This document shows positions 1 to 11,855 of a stretch of DNA of 64,000 nt, piece after piece. The position numbers and the translations under genes are program-made. The DNA comes from Botryllus schlosseri. Its lineage: Eukaryota. Below the pieces are notes generated by a model, which was not told the DNA's origin, ran no database searches, and saw only the letters and a program-made list of their open reading frames with translations. The stretch is from positions 22,074,001 through 22,138,000 of the forward strand of contig CM119372.1 in NCBI GenBank assembly GCA_051294905.1, written 5' to 3'. The number at the start of each line of letters is the position of its first letter. The first letter of the stretch is position 1.

Positions 1-889
1 GTAATTTACCAACTTTAAATCCATTCGCGGATGTACTAAAGGTAAATCCAAATAATCCAAAATGAAATATTTGGACTTTGACATAGTCTGAATTGAAATA
101 GATTGACAAACATGACTACCAACTTTCCCGCAGTCCCATTTCGATATTATATGCACATTGATTTGAAACAAGTAATGAAACATTACAACTCTATTCGCGA
201 TCCCGCTTTCCGTTTGTCAAAGAGATATTTTAACATCTTTCCATACTCAAAAGAATTCTTCACAACATTAACAATTGTTAAAAATCTAGTTTTCACTTAC
301 TTGATTATATCACTACAACTCACAAACTTGAATTAATTCATCCTGGCTGTATTCGTATGATCGGTCTTTTTTATTCGATTGTAAAGGTCGTTACTATTCT
401 GAAGACAAAGTATTTACTAATCGGTACATATACGATTTGACTTGGACATATTATATTTTGAGTATACGAGATTTGAATGTCCGAACAATAACTGAGAATT
501 AATTTATCACAATTAAATCCGTATATTACAGCGTAAAAGATATTTGGGGGTCAGCAACTCTGTACGGTCGTAGTTACAACCACATTAACTAATCTACCCA
601 GGCAACTCGTCATGATCATTCCTGAAATCAACACAAACACGACCACTGACTTGAGTTAACCGCGAAACAGCATCAAGTTTTAAATCCGCTTGCAGCTGAC
701 GGATTATTCGAATACATCGATGGAGAATATTATTGAACTCGTCGGTATTGTTACTTCAACAAATTACACCGACTGCGAAAGTTAATATTGAATGGTAAGA
801 CTTGATCACATATTTGTTGATCACAGACATGACAAAAAAACATGACCGAGATTTTATAAACTAGTCATATTACTCTACACATCTATCAA

Positions 890-1600
890 TATCAAAATGC
901 GAGTCATCCAATTTTTCTACTAAAGTAACATTGCACTTTCGGATTCGGTATAGTCATACAAATTGTATTAAATCCAACATCAAAACAAAAGGATTTTTTT
1001 TAGTTTATTGAAATCAAATCATTCGTCTTCGACTTGTGCTTTTCTAGATTGCACGCAACAATTCGTTACGAATGAGCTGTAACCAAAGTTAAGAATTCTT
1101 TGTGTCCACAGATATAGAAGATGAATATAGCTAACACAATCACGAATCGACGTTTCAGAGTATTTCACGGATGTAATAAACTTGTTAGTGTCGCCTATCT
1201 AAAAGTATGCATGCGTTCGATTTCCATACCGACTGTTGCGATGTTTAGGATTCGCTTACCATGACCAAGAGTGAGGATTTAACATCAATGTCGTTACTGG
1301 AGGTATTCACAACAGAGAATCGAAACATTACACAGTGTGAAAATATATCTTTGATATCAAAGCACTATCCCAAGTACACGATTAATACTCAACTCCGTTC
1401 ACACTTTCTATAGAACGTGCTAAATGTAAAATATCACGAGGTTGCACTCTAAGACTTTGATCATTACAAAAGTAAATTGAATATGTTTGCTCGACGCATT
1501 CAATTCAACTAGAAATGTCTAGGGCACAACAATCGTAATATTAAGGAAGTACTTGCTACACTGTAATTCACTTAACGTGTTTTGCATTGTTGTTCATTTG
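890..1600 (+). pseudogene. Highly decayed A32-like packaging ATPase relic (mirror copy at 7962-8672, minus)
   Basis: Colinear fragments across stops and frameshifts: HP..F; SDSV*SY (three single-nt changes from Walker A SGSGKSY); EL*PK; LLEVFT..ENISLI; LNVKY..VAL*DFDHYKSKLNMFARRI (cf. recalled Polinton motif LNAHYIVLFKNPRDKSQI..LARQ). Span ~230 codons. Recognised by eye only. Confidence 0.4.
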
Positions 1601-2194
1601 TAGTATTGATTGTTTTTGAACCCCCAAATAATAATTCTCGACATGAAACCAAACCGCTGAAAGTCGTTACCATCACAACGAAACAATGTGAACGATGTTT
1701 GCCAAATGTACCCTATGGTTAGGTGTACTAGAATTATTTGTGTAACACATACACCGACAATGTAATCGAAAATTTTTCCGTTGTCATTCGCTAAAGTAAA
1801 TGTCATCACAATACTCTGTCACTAAAGATCTTACTTGTATCTGATTGAATCACCGATAATTAACTCGCTAAATCAAACCATAAGGAAATTTCACTCACTC
1901 ATCAGATATGAAACAGCGTCGCTTAGTCGGTGTAGATCGTTTTTCTAAATGCAAATCATACCTGACCAACAGAAAACAATTTTCACTCACCTTGTAATGA
2001 AACCAAGTGGTGGACCTTCGTTCAATATTTTGTTTGTGTCAAATACTTTGCAATAAACACAGTGGAGTGGTCGAGCTTTACAGCAGCAGACTGTAATCTG
2101 TAAATCAAGCTTACATCCGACTTGTAACTGTATCGTTTACCTAACCGAGTTGTATGCACAGTTTGATATTTTTTGTTATTTGGTAATTGCTGAA

Positions 2195-2910
2195 TATACT
2201 ACTTCGAAATACTCCCTTGAACGTAATTTCCATCGTCGTAATAATCGAAGTACATTTGTGTCGAATTCGTAACAGCCGACTATGACATGATAAATTTTTG
2301 ACAAGTTATGCTTGGAAGATTGGTTGTATATCACGAAAAATAATTACCGCTCATATTGATACTGTTATCCATTGTTCGGTATTTTCAAACGAGTAAAATT
2401 TATTACTCGAGTTACTCCGCTTAATGCAAATGTAAACACAACCGTCTTTCAACATCGCAAAGACATCGGTACAAAGTATACAATCAAACGCAACAAGTTT
2501 TACTTTCGTAGGTTGTGTATGGTTATCCTGCATAACTCATTTCTTACCAAAGCCATATGAAATAAATTCATGTTACACGAAAATATTCACTCATGCTACA
2601 AACCTGTACAATGATTGGTGGTGCTTTCAAACTGTTTCGATACCTCAAGAACTTTATTGTCTGAATGGTTGTTCATGTATCGTAATAATCAAGTAGTTCA
2701 ACACAGAACTAGTATTAACAGAAACACCAGAGTTGTTTACACAAAAGTTTGTATGTGTACAGTATACGAATACCATGTGTAAGTCCAGCACAATTGTGGT
2801 ATCCATACGAGTTTAGTTAACACAATTTACGACACCGAGGTCGCGTCATCTTTCGTAAGACAACAAACCAAGGCTTCAGGATATGTCCATGTCATAGCAA
2901 TGAATCGGCT
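2195..2910 (+). pseudogene. Highly decayed retroviral-like c-integrase relic (mirror copy at 6652-7367, minus)
   Basis: Colinear fragments: YTTSKYSLERNFHRR (cf. YTLHKP.RR.F.RR); *QVML (WQADL); NNYR/HIDTVIHCSVFS (GYKYILTVIDVFS); TPL; RNKFY (GKEFY); EINSCYTKIFTHAT (E.KAS.VERFNRTL); NN...HRTSI; SGY. Many stops and frameshifts. Recognised by eye only. Confidence 0.45.
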
Positions 2911-5414
2911 ACTCCAACAACAGAGTGCATATGTTTTCTAGTTACGGTGCTTACATCTTACACACAAATCAATCTACTTTGCTAACGAAAAGTGGTGAGT
3001 CATCATATGGTTATCCTCACTAGTAAAACATACTATCATACAAAATGGTCGTTATAGTTTGCACACCAACGGTACATCGTACAAGTAACAAGTCTCGAGA
3101 ATCCAGTTATTCAAAAAACGTGAAAGTATTTCTACACCAAGTCGTTATGTTGACGAAAGCGTATATTGTAATATCATGATCGATTTGCATTCGTTGGTCA
3201 CAAACTGTCACTACTCTAAATAATTCTTTTTCACTCAAACACAAACGCATACTTGTCACCATTCGTTTTCATCAAGTACGAGTTCAAGAAACTTACTACG
3301 ACATGAATTTTTATTTTTATGTTGTGTAAATAGGTAATAATTAATTCAAGTAACACTATATCAACATCATCGAGTTGTGCTAATAGATTTACATGTGGTC
3401 TTGTGGTTTTCATCGGGACATACAGCACGAACTAACTGTAGACTCCTCTCTGTTGTACAGCTACTCGGTAATCGAAATGCATTAACATGTAAACAACGAT
3501 CTTGTTTCGTCACACCAAAAATATGTTCACTGTCGCGATACTCCGCACAAGACGTGCATAGCCTTTTCACACTCGTAATAGTATACCAACGTCAAGCGAT
3601 AACGTTTAACAAGACCAACGACACTGAACCCACGACGTTTACCTATGTAAAATTACCACTTTCACTAACCAGTCCATCGTTTACCTGACTAAACATATTA
3701 TTTTCCTTTGGAGATCTGATGTTTACCCAGAGTAAGAAACCTTTTTCACTTGGAAATCTATTTTTTCTTTGGCTAACAAACCTTTTTTCACTTGTTAATA
3801 TATTTTTTCCTTGGCTAACAAACCTTTTTTCACTTGGAAATCTATTTTTTCTCTGGTTAACAAACCTTTTTCCCCGGGTAACAAACCTTTTTCCCTGAGC
3901 AACAAGCCATTTTCACTTGGTGGTCCGTCGTTTACCTGAGTAAAAATATCAGTTTCCTTTGGGGATCTGGCGTTTACCCAGTGTAACAATACATTTTCGC
4001 TTGGAACAATACTTTTACCTAGAGTAACTAATCATTTTCTCCTGGGTAACAATCCCTTTTCGTCTGGAAACTATCATTTAACTGAGTACCAATATCGTTT
4101 TCACTTGGAAATACATTTTTTCCCTGGGTAACAATACCATTTTCGTTTTGAAAACTGACAACCACACCGGTCAATTTGATATTTTTGTATATTGTTACAA
4201 CGAACAGTGACGGAAATATACACAGACTACCGGTTTCAGAGTACACCCCATCGGTCGTATCACGTCAATATCATCGGTTAACCACATACAATATACTCTT
4301 GTACACCGAAATGCACGCTTTGGAAAATTGGACAATAGGCTGCGATAGTTCTGTGATGTCCGGGTTCGTGCTTTAGATTTTCCAGAGTCAAAATGTCTGA
4401 ATAAAACACCTCCTCGACGACGGTTGGTATGTGGATAACGGTGTTCGGAAAACGGTTGGATTTATGTCACCCATCGCGATAACAATTCCAGGTCGAGTTT
4501 TCCTCCCGCATGTTTACTATATTGTGTCTTTATTGGTCAATGTATGTCTCGACATTCAGTTTGAAATCGGAAATGATAAAGTATGTAACCGGATCCGGAT
4601 ATCAACTCTGAATCGATAAACCAATGAACAATATTCAAAGTAAACATGTTACACCCTGTGTTTCCACGAAAAAATACCATCCAGACATACGTCGCGCTTG
4701 TTTGCCCACATCAGTATACGCGCAAATGGAGGTGTGTGACATTGCATGCAATGTGTTGGTATACAAACATCGATCCACAGACATTATCATAGCCGTTGTA
4801 TACCAACACATTGCATGCAATGTCACACACCTCCATTTGCGCGTATACTGATGTGGGCAAACAAGCGCGACGTATGTCTGGATGGTATTTTTTCGTGGAA
4901 ACACAGGGTGTAACATGTTTACTTTGAATATTGTTCATTGGTTTATCGATTCAGAGTTGATATCCGGATCCGGTTACATACTTTATCATTTCCGATTTCA
5001 AACTGAATGTCGAGACATACATTGACCAATAAAGACACAATATAGTAAACATGCGGGAGGAAAACTCGACCTGGAATTGTTATCGCGATGGGTGACATAA
5101 ATCCAACCGTTTTCCGAACACCGTTATCCACATACCAACCGTCGTCGAGGAGGTGTTTTATTCAGACATTTTGACTCTGGAAAATCTAAAGCACGAACCC
5201 GGACATCACAGAACTATCGCAGCCTATTGTCCAATTTTCCAAAGCGTGCATTTCGGTGTACAAGAGTATATTGTATGTGGTTAACCGATGATATTGACGT
5301 GATACGACCGATGGGGTGTACTCTGAAACCGGTAGTCTGTGTATATTTCCGTCACTGTTCGTTGTAACAATATAAAAAAATATCAAATTGACCGGTGTGG
5401 TTGTCAGTTTTCAA

Positions 5415-5885
5415 AACGAAAATGGTATTGTTACCCAGGGAAAAAATGTATTTCCAAGTGAAAACGGTATTGGTACTCAGTTAAATGATAGTTTCCAGAC
5501 GAAAAGGGATTGTTACCCAGGAGAAAATGATTAGTTACTCTAGGTAAAAGTATTGTTCCAAGCGAAAATGTATTGTTACACTGGGTAAACGCCAGATCCC
5601 CAAAGGAAACTGATATTTTTACTCAGGTAAACGACGGACCACCAAGTGAAAATGGCTTGTTGCTCAGGGAAAAAGGTTTGTTACCCGGGGAAAAAGGTTT
5701 GTTAACCAGAGAAAAAATAGATTTCCAAGTGAAAAAAGGTTTGTTAGCCAAGGAAAAAATATATTAACAAGTGAAAAAAGGTTTGTTAGCCAAGGAAAAA
5801 ATAGATTTCCAAGTGAAAAAGGTTTCTTACTCTGGGTAAACATCAGATCTCCAAAGGAAAATAATATGTTTAGTCAGGTAAACGA
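5415..5885 (+). repeat. Degenerate ~21-bp tandem minisatellite inside the palindrome arm (mirror copy at 3677-4147)
   Basis: Units such as GAAAAAGGTTTGTTACCCGGG / GAAAAAGGTTTGTTAACCAGA / GAAAAAATAGATTTCCAAGT. Translates as 7-aa repeats ENGLLLR-EKGLLPG-EKGLLTR. Confidence 0.85.
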
Positions 5886-8800
5886 TGGACTGGTTAGTGA
5901 AAGTGGTAATTTTACATAGGTAAACGTCGTGGGTTCAGTGTCGTTGGTCTTGTTAAACGTTATCGCTTGACGTTGGTATACTATTACGAGTGTGAAAAGG
6001 CTATGCACGTCTTGTGCGGAGTATCGCGACAGTGAACATATTTTTGGTGTGACGAAACAAGATCGTTGTTTACATGTTAATGCATTTCGATTACCGAGTA
6101 GCTGTACAACAGAGAGGAGTCTACAGTTAGTTCGTGCTGTATGTCCCGATGAAAACCACAAGACCACATGTAAATCTATTAGCACAACTCGATGATGTTG
6201 ATATAGTGTTACTTGAATTAATTATTACCTATTTACACAACATAAAAATAAAAATTCATGTCGTAGTAAGTTTCTTGAACTCGTACTTGATGAAAACGAA
6301 TGGTGACAAGTATGCGTTTGTGTTTGAGTGAAAAAGAATTATTTAGAGTAGTGACAGTTTGTGACCAACGAATGCAAATCGATCATGATATTACAATATA
6401 CGCTTTCGTCAACATAACGACTTGGTGTAGAAATACTTTCACGTTTTTTGAATAACTGGATTCTCGAGACTTGTTACTTGTACGATGTACCGTTGGTGTG
6501 CAAACTATAACGACCATTTTGTATGATAGTATGTTTTACTAGTGAGGATAACCATATGATGACTCACCACTTTTCGTTAGCAAAGTAGATTGATTTGTGT
6601 GTAAGATGTAAGCACCGTAACTAGAAAACATATGCACTCTGTTGTTGGAGTAGCCGATTCATTGCTATGACATGGACATATCCTGAAGCCTTGGTTTGTT
6701 GTCTTACGAAAGATGACGCGACCTCGGTGTCGTAAATTGTGTTAACTAAACTCGTATGGATACCACAATTGTGCTGGACTTACACATGGTATTCGTATAC
6801 TGTACACATACAAACTTTTGTGTAAACAACTCTGGTGTTTCTGTTAATACTAGTTCTGTGTTGAACTACTTGATTATTACGATACATGAACAACCATTCA
6901 GACAATAAAGTTCTTGAGGTATCGAAACAGTTTGAAAGCACCACCAATCATTGTACAGGTTTGTAGCATGAGTGAATATTTTCGTGTAACATGAATTTAT
7001 TTCATATGGCTTTGGTAAGAAATGAGTTATGCAGGATAACCATACACAACCTACAAAAGTAAAACTTGTTGCGTTTGATTGTATACTTTGTACCGATGTC
7101 TTTGCGATGTTGAAAGACGGTTGTGTTTACATTTGCATTAAGCGGAGTAACTCGAGTAATAAATTTTACTCGTTTGAAAATACCGAACAATGGATAACAG
7201 TATCAATATGAGCGGTAATTATTTTTCGTGATATACAACCAATCTTCCAAGCATAACTTGTCAAAAATTTATCATGTCATAGTCGGCTGTTACGAATTCG
7301 ACACAAATGTACTTCGATTATTACGACGATGGAAATTACGTTCAAGGGAGTATTTCGAAGTAGTATATTCAGCAATTACCAAATAACAAAAAATATCAAA
7401 CTGTGCATACAACTCGGTTAGGTAAACGATACAGTTACAAGTCGGATGTAAGCTTGATTTACAGATTACAGTCTGCTGCTGTAAAGCTCGACCACTCCAC
7501 TGTGTTTATTGCAAAGTATTTGACACAAACAAAATATTGAACGAAGGTCCACCACTTGGTTTCATTACAAGGTGAGTGAAAATTGTTTTCTGTTGGTCAG
7601 GTATGATTTGCATTTAGAAAAACGATCTACACCGACTAAGCGACGCTGTTTCATATCTGATGAGTGAGTGAAATTTCCTTATGGTTTGATTTAGCGAGTT
7701 AATTATCGGTGATTCAATCAGATACAAGTAAGATCTTTAGTGACAGAGTATTGTGATGACATTTACTTTAGCGAATGACAACGGAAAAATTTTCGATTAC
7801 ATTGTCGGTGTATGTGTTACACAAATAATTCTAGTACACCTAACCATAGGGTACATTTGGCAAACATCGTTCACATTGTTTCGTTGTGATGGTAACGACT
7901 TTCAGCGGTTTGGTTTCATGTCGAGAATTATTATTTGGGGGTTCAAAAACAATCAATACTACAAATGAACAACAATGCAAAACACGTTAAGTGAATTACA
8001 GTGTAGCAAGTACTTCCTTAATATTACGATTGTTGTGCCCTAGACATTTCTAGTTGAATTGAATGCGTCGAGCAAACATATTCAATTTACTTTTGTAATG
8101 ATCAAAGTCTTAGAGTGCAACCTCGTGATATTTTACATTTAGCACGTTCTATAGAAAGTGTGAACGGAGTTGAGTATTAATCGTGTACTTGGGATAGTGC
8201 TTTGATATCAAAGATATATTTTCACACTGTGTAATGTTTCGATTCTCTGTTGTGAATACCTCCAGTAACGACATTGATGTTAAATCCTCACTCTTGGTCA
8301 TGGTAAGCGAATCCTAAACATCGCAACAGTCGGTATGGAAATCGAACGCATGCATACTTTTAGATAGGCGACACTAACAAGTTTATTACATCCGTGAAAT
8401 ACTCTGAAACGTCGATTCGTGATTGTGTTAGCTATATTCATCTTCTATATCTGTGGACACAAAGAATTCTTAACTTTGGTTACAGCTCATTCGTAACGAA
8501 TTGTTGCGTGCAATCTAGAAAAGCACAAGTCGAAGACGAATGATTTGATTTCAATAAACTAAAAAAAATCCTTTTGTTTTGATGTTGGATTTAATACAAT
8601 TTGTATGACTATACCGAATCCGAAAGTGCAATGTTACTTTAGTAGAAAAATTGGATGACTCGCATTTTGATATTGATAGATGTGTAGAGTAATATGACTA
8701 GTTTATAAAATCTCGGTCATGTTTTTTTGTCATGTCTGTGATCAACAAATATGTGATCAAGTCTTACCATTCAATATTAACTTTCGCAGTCGGTGTAATT

Positions 8801-10684
8801 TGTTGAAGTAACAATACCGACGAGTTCAATAATATTCTCCATCGATGTATTCGAATAATCCGTCAGCTGCAAGCGGATTTAAAACTTGATGCTGTTTCGC
8901 GGTTAACTCAAGTCAGTGGTCGTGTTTGTGTTGATTTCAGGAATGATCATGACGAGTTGCCTGGGTAGATTAGTTAATGTGGTTGTAACTACGACCGTAC
9001 AGAGTTGCTGACCCCCAAATATCTTTTACGCTGTAATATACGGATTTAATTGTGATAAATTAATTCTCAGTTATTGTTCGGACATTCAAATCTCGTATAC
9101 TCAAAATATAATATGTCCAAGTCAAATCGTATATGTACCGATTAGTAAATACTTTGTCTTCAGAATAGTAACGACCTTTACAATCGAATAAAAAAGACCG
9201 ATCATACGAATACAGCCAGGATGAATTAATTCAAGTTTGTGAGTTGTAGTGATATAATCAAGTAAGTGAAAACTAGATTTTTAACAATTGTTAATGTTGT
9301 GAAGAATTCTTTTGAGTATGGTAAGATGTTAAAATATCTCTTTGACAAACGGAAAGCGGGATCGCGAATAGAGTTGTAATGTTTCATTACTTGTTTCAAA
9401 TCAATGTGCATATAATATCGAAATGGGACTGCGGGAAAGTTGGTAGTCATGTTTGTCAATCTATTTCAATTCAGACTATGTCAAAGTCCAAATATTTCAT
9501 TTTGGATTATTTGGATTTACCTTTAGTACATCCGCGAATGGATTTAAAGTTGGTAAATTACCAAAATGATTGAATATTATCGGGTTAGAGATAGTTGGTA
9601 TTGATTCTATAACTGTTAAAACAGCGGCGTGGAATGTGTGAATAATTCAATGTGACTGAAAGTCGGCGTCAGTAATATTCAGGTTACGGTCGAATCAAAG
9701 GATCACGTTAAAAAGATTTCTCAAATTAATTAGAATTGTACCGGATCAACACATTCAAATACGAATCAACTTGAGCTGTGTAGTAAGTTTCATTTCAAGT
9801 TTGACATATTGACACATTACTTGTATTTTCGCATGATTCTTATCATACAACTAAAGTCAACCACGTTCCGAAGTGTCAAACATATAGCGACCACCAGAAA
9901 GTGCCAAATTGTTGGTTTACGAATCACCGTCTGCGACGACTCTGGGACAAACTAGTTACGGAAATATTACCTTGTGAGCGATCGGTATGTCTGTAACACC
10001 AAATCATGAGCGATCGCTATGTCTGGAGCATTACCCTGTGAGCGGTCGTAGGATTTTAAAATGATATCACACCCTTTTGAATAAGCGTTCACTTCACAAA
10101 GGATTAGGGTTAGAGCGGAAATAAGTGACAATTTGTCGCTATTCAAGTTACCGACACTGGCGGTCTGTTATTCGTTACTTATTAAATCGTACGAGTGAAA
10201 TCAAGCTCTGTGCCAAACTGCTTACGAAAATTTCACCGCGTGAGCGATCGATATGCCTGTAACATCAAGTCGCGTATGTCTGAGACATTATCTTGTCAGC
10301 GAACGCAGGGTTTGCAAACTATTTCACACCTATTTGGAGTGTTAATATGTGAACGCGGCTATTGTTGGTATTGGAATCGCCGTCTACGACGGTTCCGTGG
10401 TAAACCAAGCGACTGATTCCTAGATTTAGCAAACTATTTCACACCCTTTTTGGTGAAAGTACGACATGCCGCTAGCATTCTATCAACGAAAGTACGAATC
10501 ATCGCCGCGTCCACAAGAATAACGATATATCATTGTCGTACTCACCGCAAACGTTGGGATTAACTCGAATCGGTCATATATAATAATTTGTAATATACAC
10601 ATTAACTAAGAATCAATCACGTGACTATTTACTATTCCTGATACTTCTTCAACACAGCGCGAGGGTTGACTATACCCGAAAGGG

Positions 10685-10964
10685 CGAATCACCGCTACCG
10701 CCTATAGCAAAAAAGGTGAGTCATGACCGCGAGTATTTCAATACGAGTCACCGCCGCAGCCTATACCTGAAAGTACGAGTCACGACCCCGATTTTTCAAT
10801 ACGAGTCACCGCCGCAGCCTATACCCGAAAGTACGAATCACGGCCGCACCCATAAGAACCCATTACGAGTCACCACCACAAGGGGGGTCTGAAAGTACGA
10901 GTCACCACCCCGGGTTTTCAATACGAGTCACCACCCCGCCCATAAGCCACAATGGCGAATCGCG
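10685..10964 (+). repeat. Subterminal array of 10 CGARTCAC-like motifs
   Basis: Motif starts at 10685, 10717, 10744, 10776, 10802, 10834, 10866, 10898, 10924 and 10956; spacings 32, 27, 32, 26, 32, 32, 32, 26, 32. Confidence 0.9.
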
Positions 10965-10983
10965 ACCGATCATACTAACTACT

Positions 10984-11024
10984 TACACCCTAGGGTGTAC
11001 GACCACCCCGGTTGAAGAGCACTG
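10984..11024 (-). mobile_element. 41-bp terminal piece of a hAT MITE interrupted by the giant element
   Basis: Reverse complement CAGTGCTCTTCAACCGGGGTGGTCGTACACCCTAGGGTGTA matches 53834-53874 with one mismatch and stops abruptly at the ACTACT terminus. Confidence 0.9.
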
Positions 11025-11124
11025 GGCTAGTGTATTGTAGGATATCAATTTCTTTCATCTTCTCGACGCTTCGTATTCGATCCTCTATTTTTGCCGATAA
11101 TAAGAGAATGTATAGCATGTCGCT

Positions 11125-11504
11125 CAGAATTGTCAAACTCAACTGACGTCGCGGGTCGAATTCAAATATACAGATCACTCGCGGGCCGCACCAGTCAAAT
11201 GATTCCTAAATATTACGAACCCTAAACTCAGTATATGCACTTTTTCGCATTCTCGGAATTGAAAGTTATTGTCAGCGATTTTCTCCTGACGATAACTACA
11301 ATCACAACTCCGCTGTCGCGTTGTTATAATGTGGCCTTTGAACATACTCGAAATTTGCTATCTTGAAGGAATATTTATTAGTGGTATTTCTTACTGCAAA
11401 TTCGAAAATGTGTTGGATAAAATCACGCAATTTTCACGATATACTCAGAATTTCTTCGCGGGCCGAATGAAATCATTTGGCGGGTCGTACGTTTGACACC
11501 CCTG
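11125..11504. mobile_element. hAT-type MITE
   Basis: CAGAATTGTCAAAC...GTTTGACACCCCTG ends, CGCGGGCCG internal motifs, 8-bp TSD ATGTCGCT/ATGTAGCT. Confidence 0.7.
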
Positions 11505-11694
11505 ATGTAGCTAGACAACTACTTACGTATTTTATTATCCGTTCTACGTGTGCGTGAGCGATACAAGGCATTTTTGCATCTATATTTACCTTTATATTCG
11601 TTATTTGATTCAAGATAAATGACCAATTGACCTCTTTAACATAGCCAGTAAAATATAATGAATTTGAATGATCACTCATGCTTCGAAAATTCAA

Positions 11695-11855
11695 TTTGAC
11701 TTGACTTGACTCGAGTCACCTCCAAAAAACGGGTGACTTGACTTGACTCGAGTCACCTTTGAAAATCGATTGACTTGACTTATTGACTCGAGTCAAAATG
11801 TGCAATGACTGGAGATGACTCGTGACTCGAAGGTAGTGACTTGATCCCAACACTG
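11695..11855. mobile_element. End fragment of GACTCGAGTC-rich hAT MITE (family A)
   Basis: Ends GTGACTTGATCCCAACACTG, the reverse complement of the start of 58545-59463. Confidence 0.8.

Larger units (their letters stand above)
1..9561. repeat. Giant inverted repeat (palindrome): arms 1-4766 and 4796-9561, 29-bp spacer; left arm cut by the window edge
   Basis: Position i pairs with 9562-i throughout, and the ORF track is mirrored (103..336+ vs 9226..9459-, 3377..3688+ vs 5874..6185-). Spacer is ACATCGATCCACAGACATTATCATAGCCG. Arm mismatches seen at 240/9322, 2507/7055, 3768/5794, 4095/5467 and 4187/5375. Confidence 0.98.
1..10983. mobile_element. Palindromic non-autonomous Polinton/Maverick-like element (left end outside the window)
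   Basis: Ends in CATACTAACTACT at 10983 (5'-AGTAGTTAGTATG on the other strand, an AGTAGT-type Polinton terminus). It abuts a truncated hAT MITE end, has a subterminal repeat array at 10685-10964, and carries decayed ATPase-like and integrase-like motifs in each arm. Confidence 0.65.

Noticed and set aside
4767..4795. Apex as an unremoved sequencing hairpin adapter
   Set aside because: Does not resemble the SMRTbell adapter, and the element has an independent biological-looking terminus; other chimera artefacts still need read-level exclusion.
7652..7685. CTGATGA...GAAA in the palindrome arm as a hammerhead
   Set aside because: Stems I and II do not pair convincingly.
103..9573. Short ORFs (60-103 aa) in the palindrome as functional genes
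   Set aside because: Short, mirrored only because of the palindrome, and with no intact domain; at most fragments of decayed genes.
10685..10964. Regularly spaced motif array as CRISPR-like
   Set aside because: Eukaryotic context, the motif is only ~8-11 bp, intervening sequences are related to each other, and there are no cas genes.
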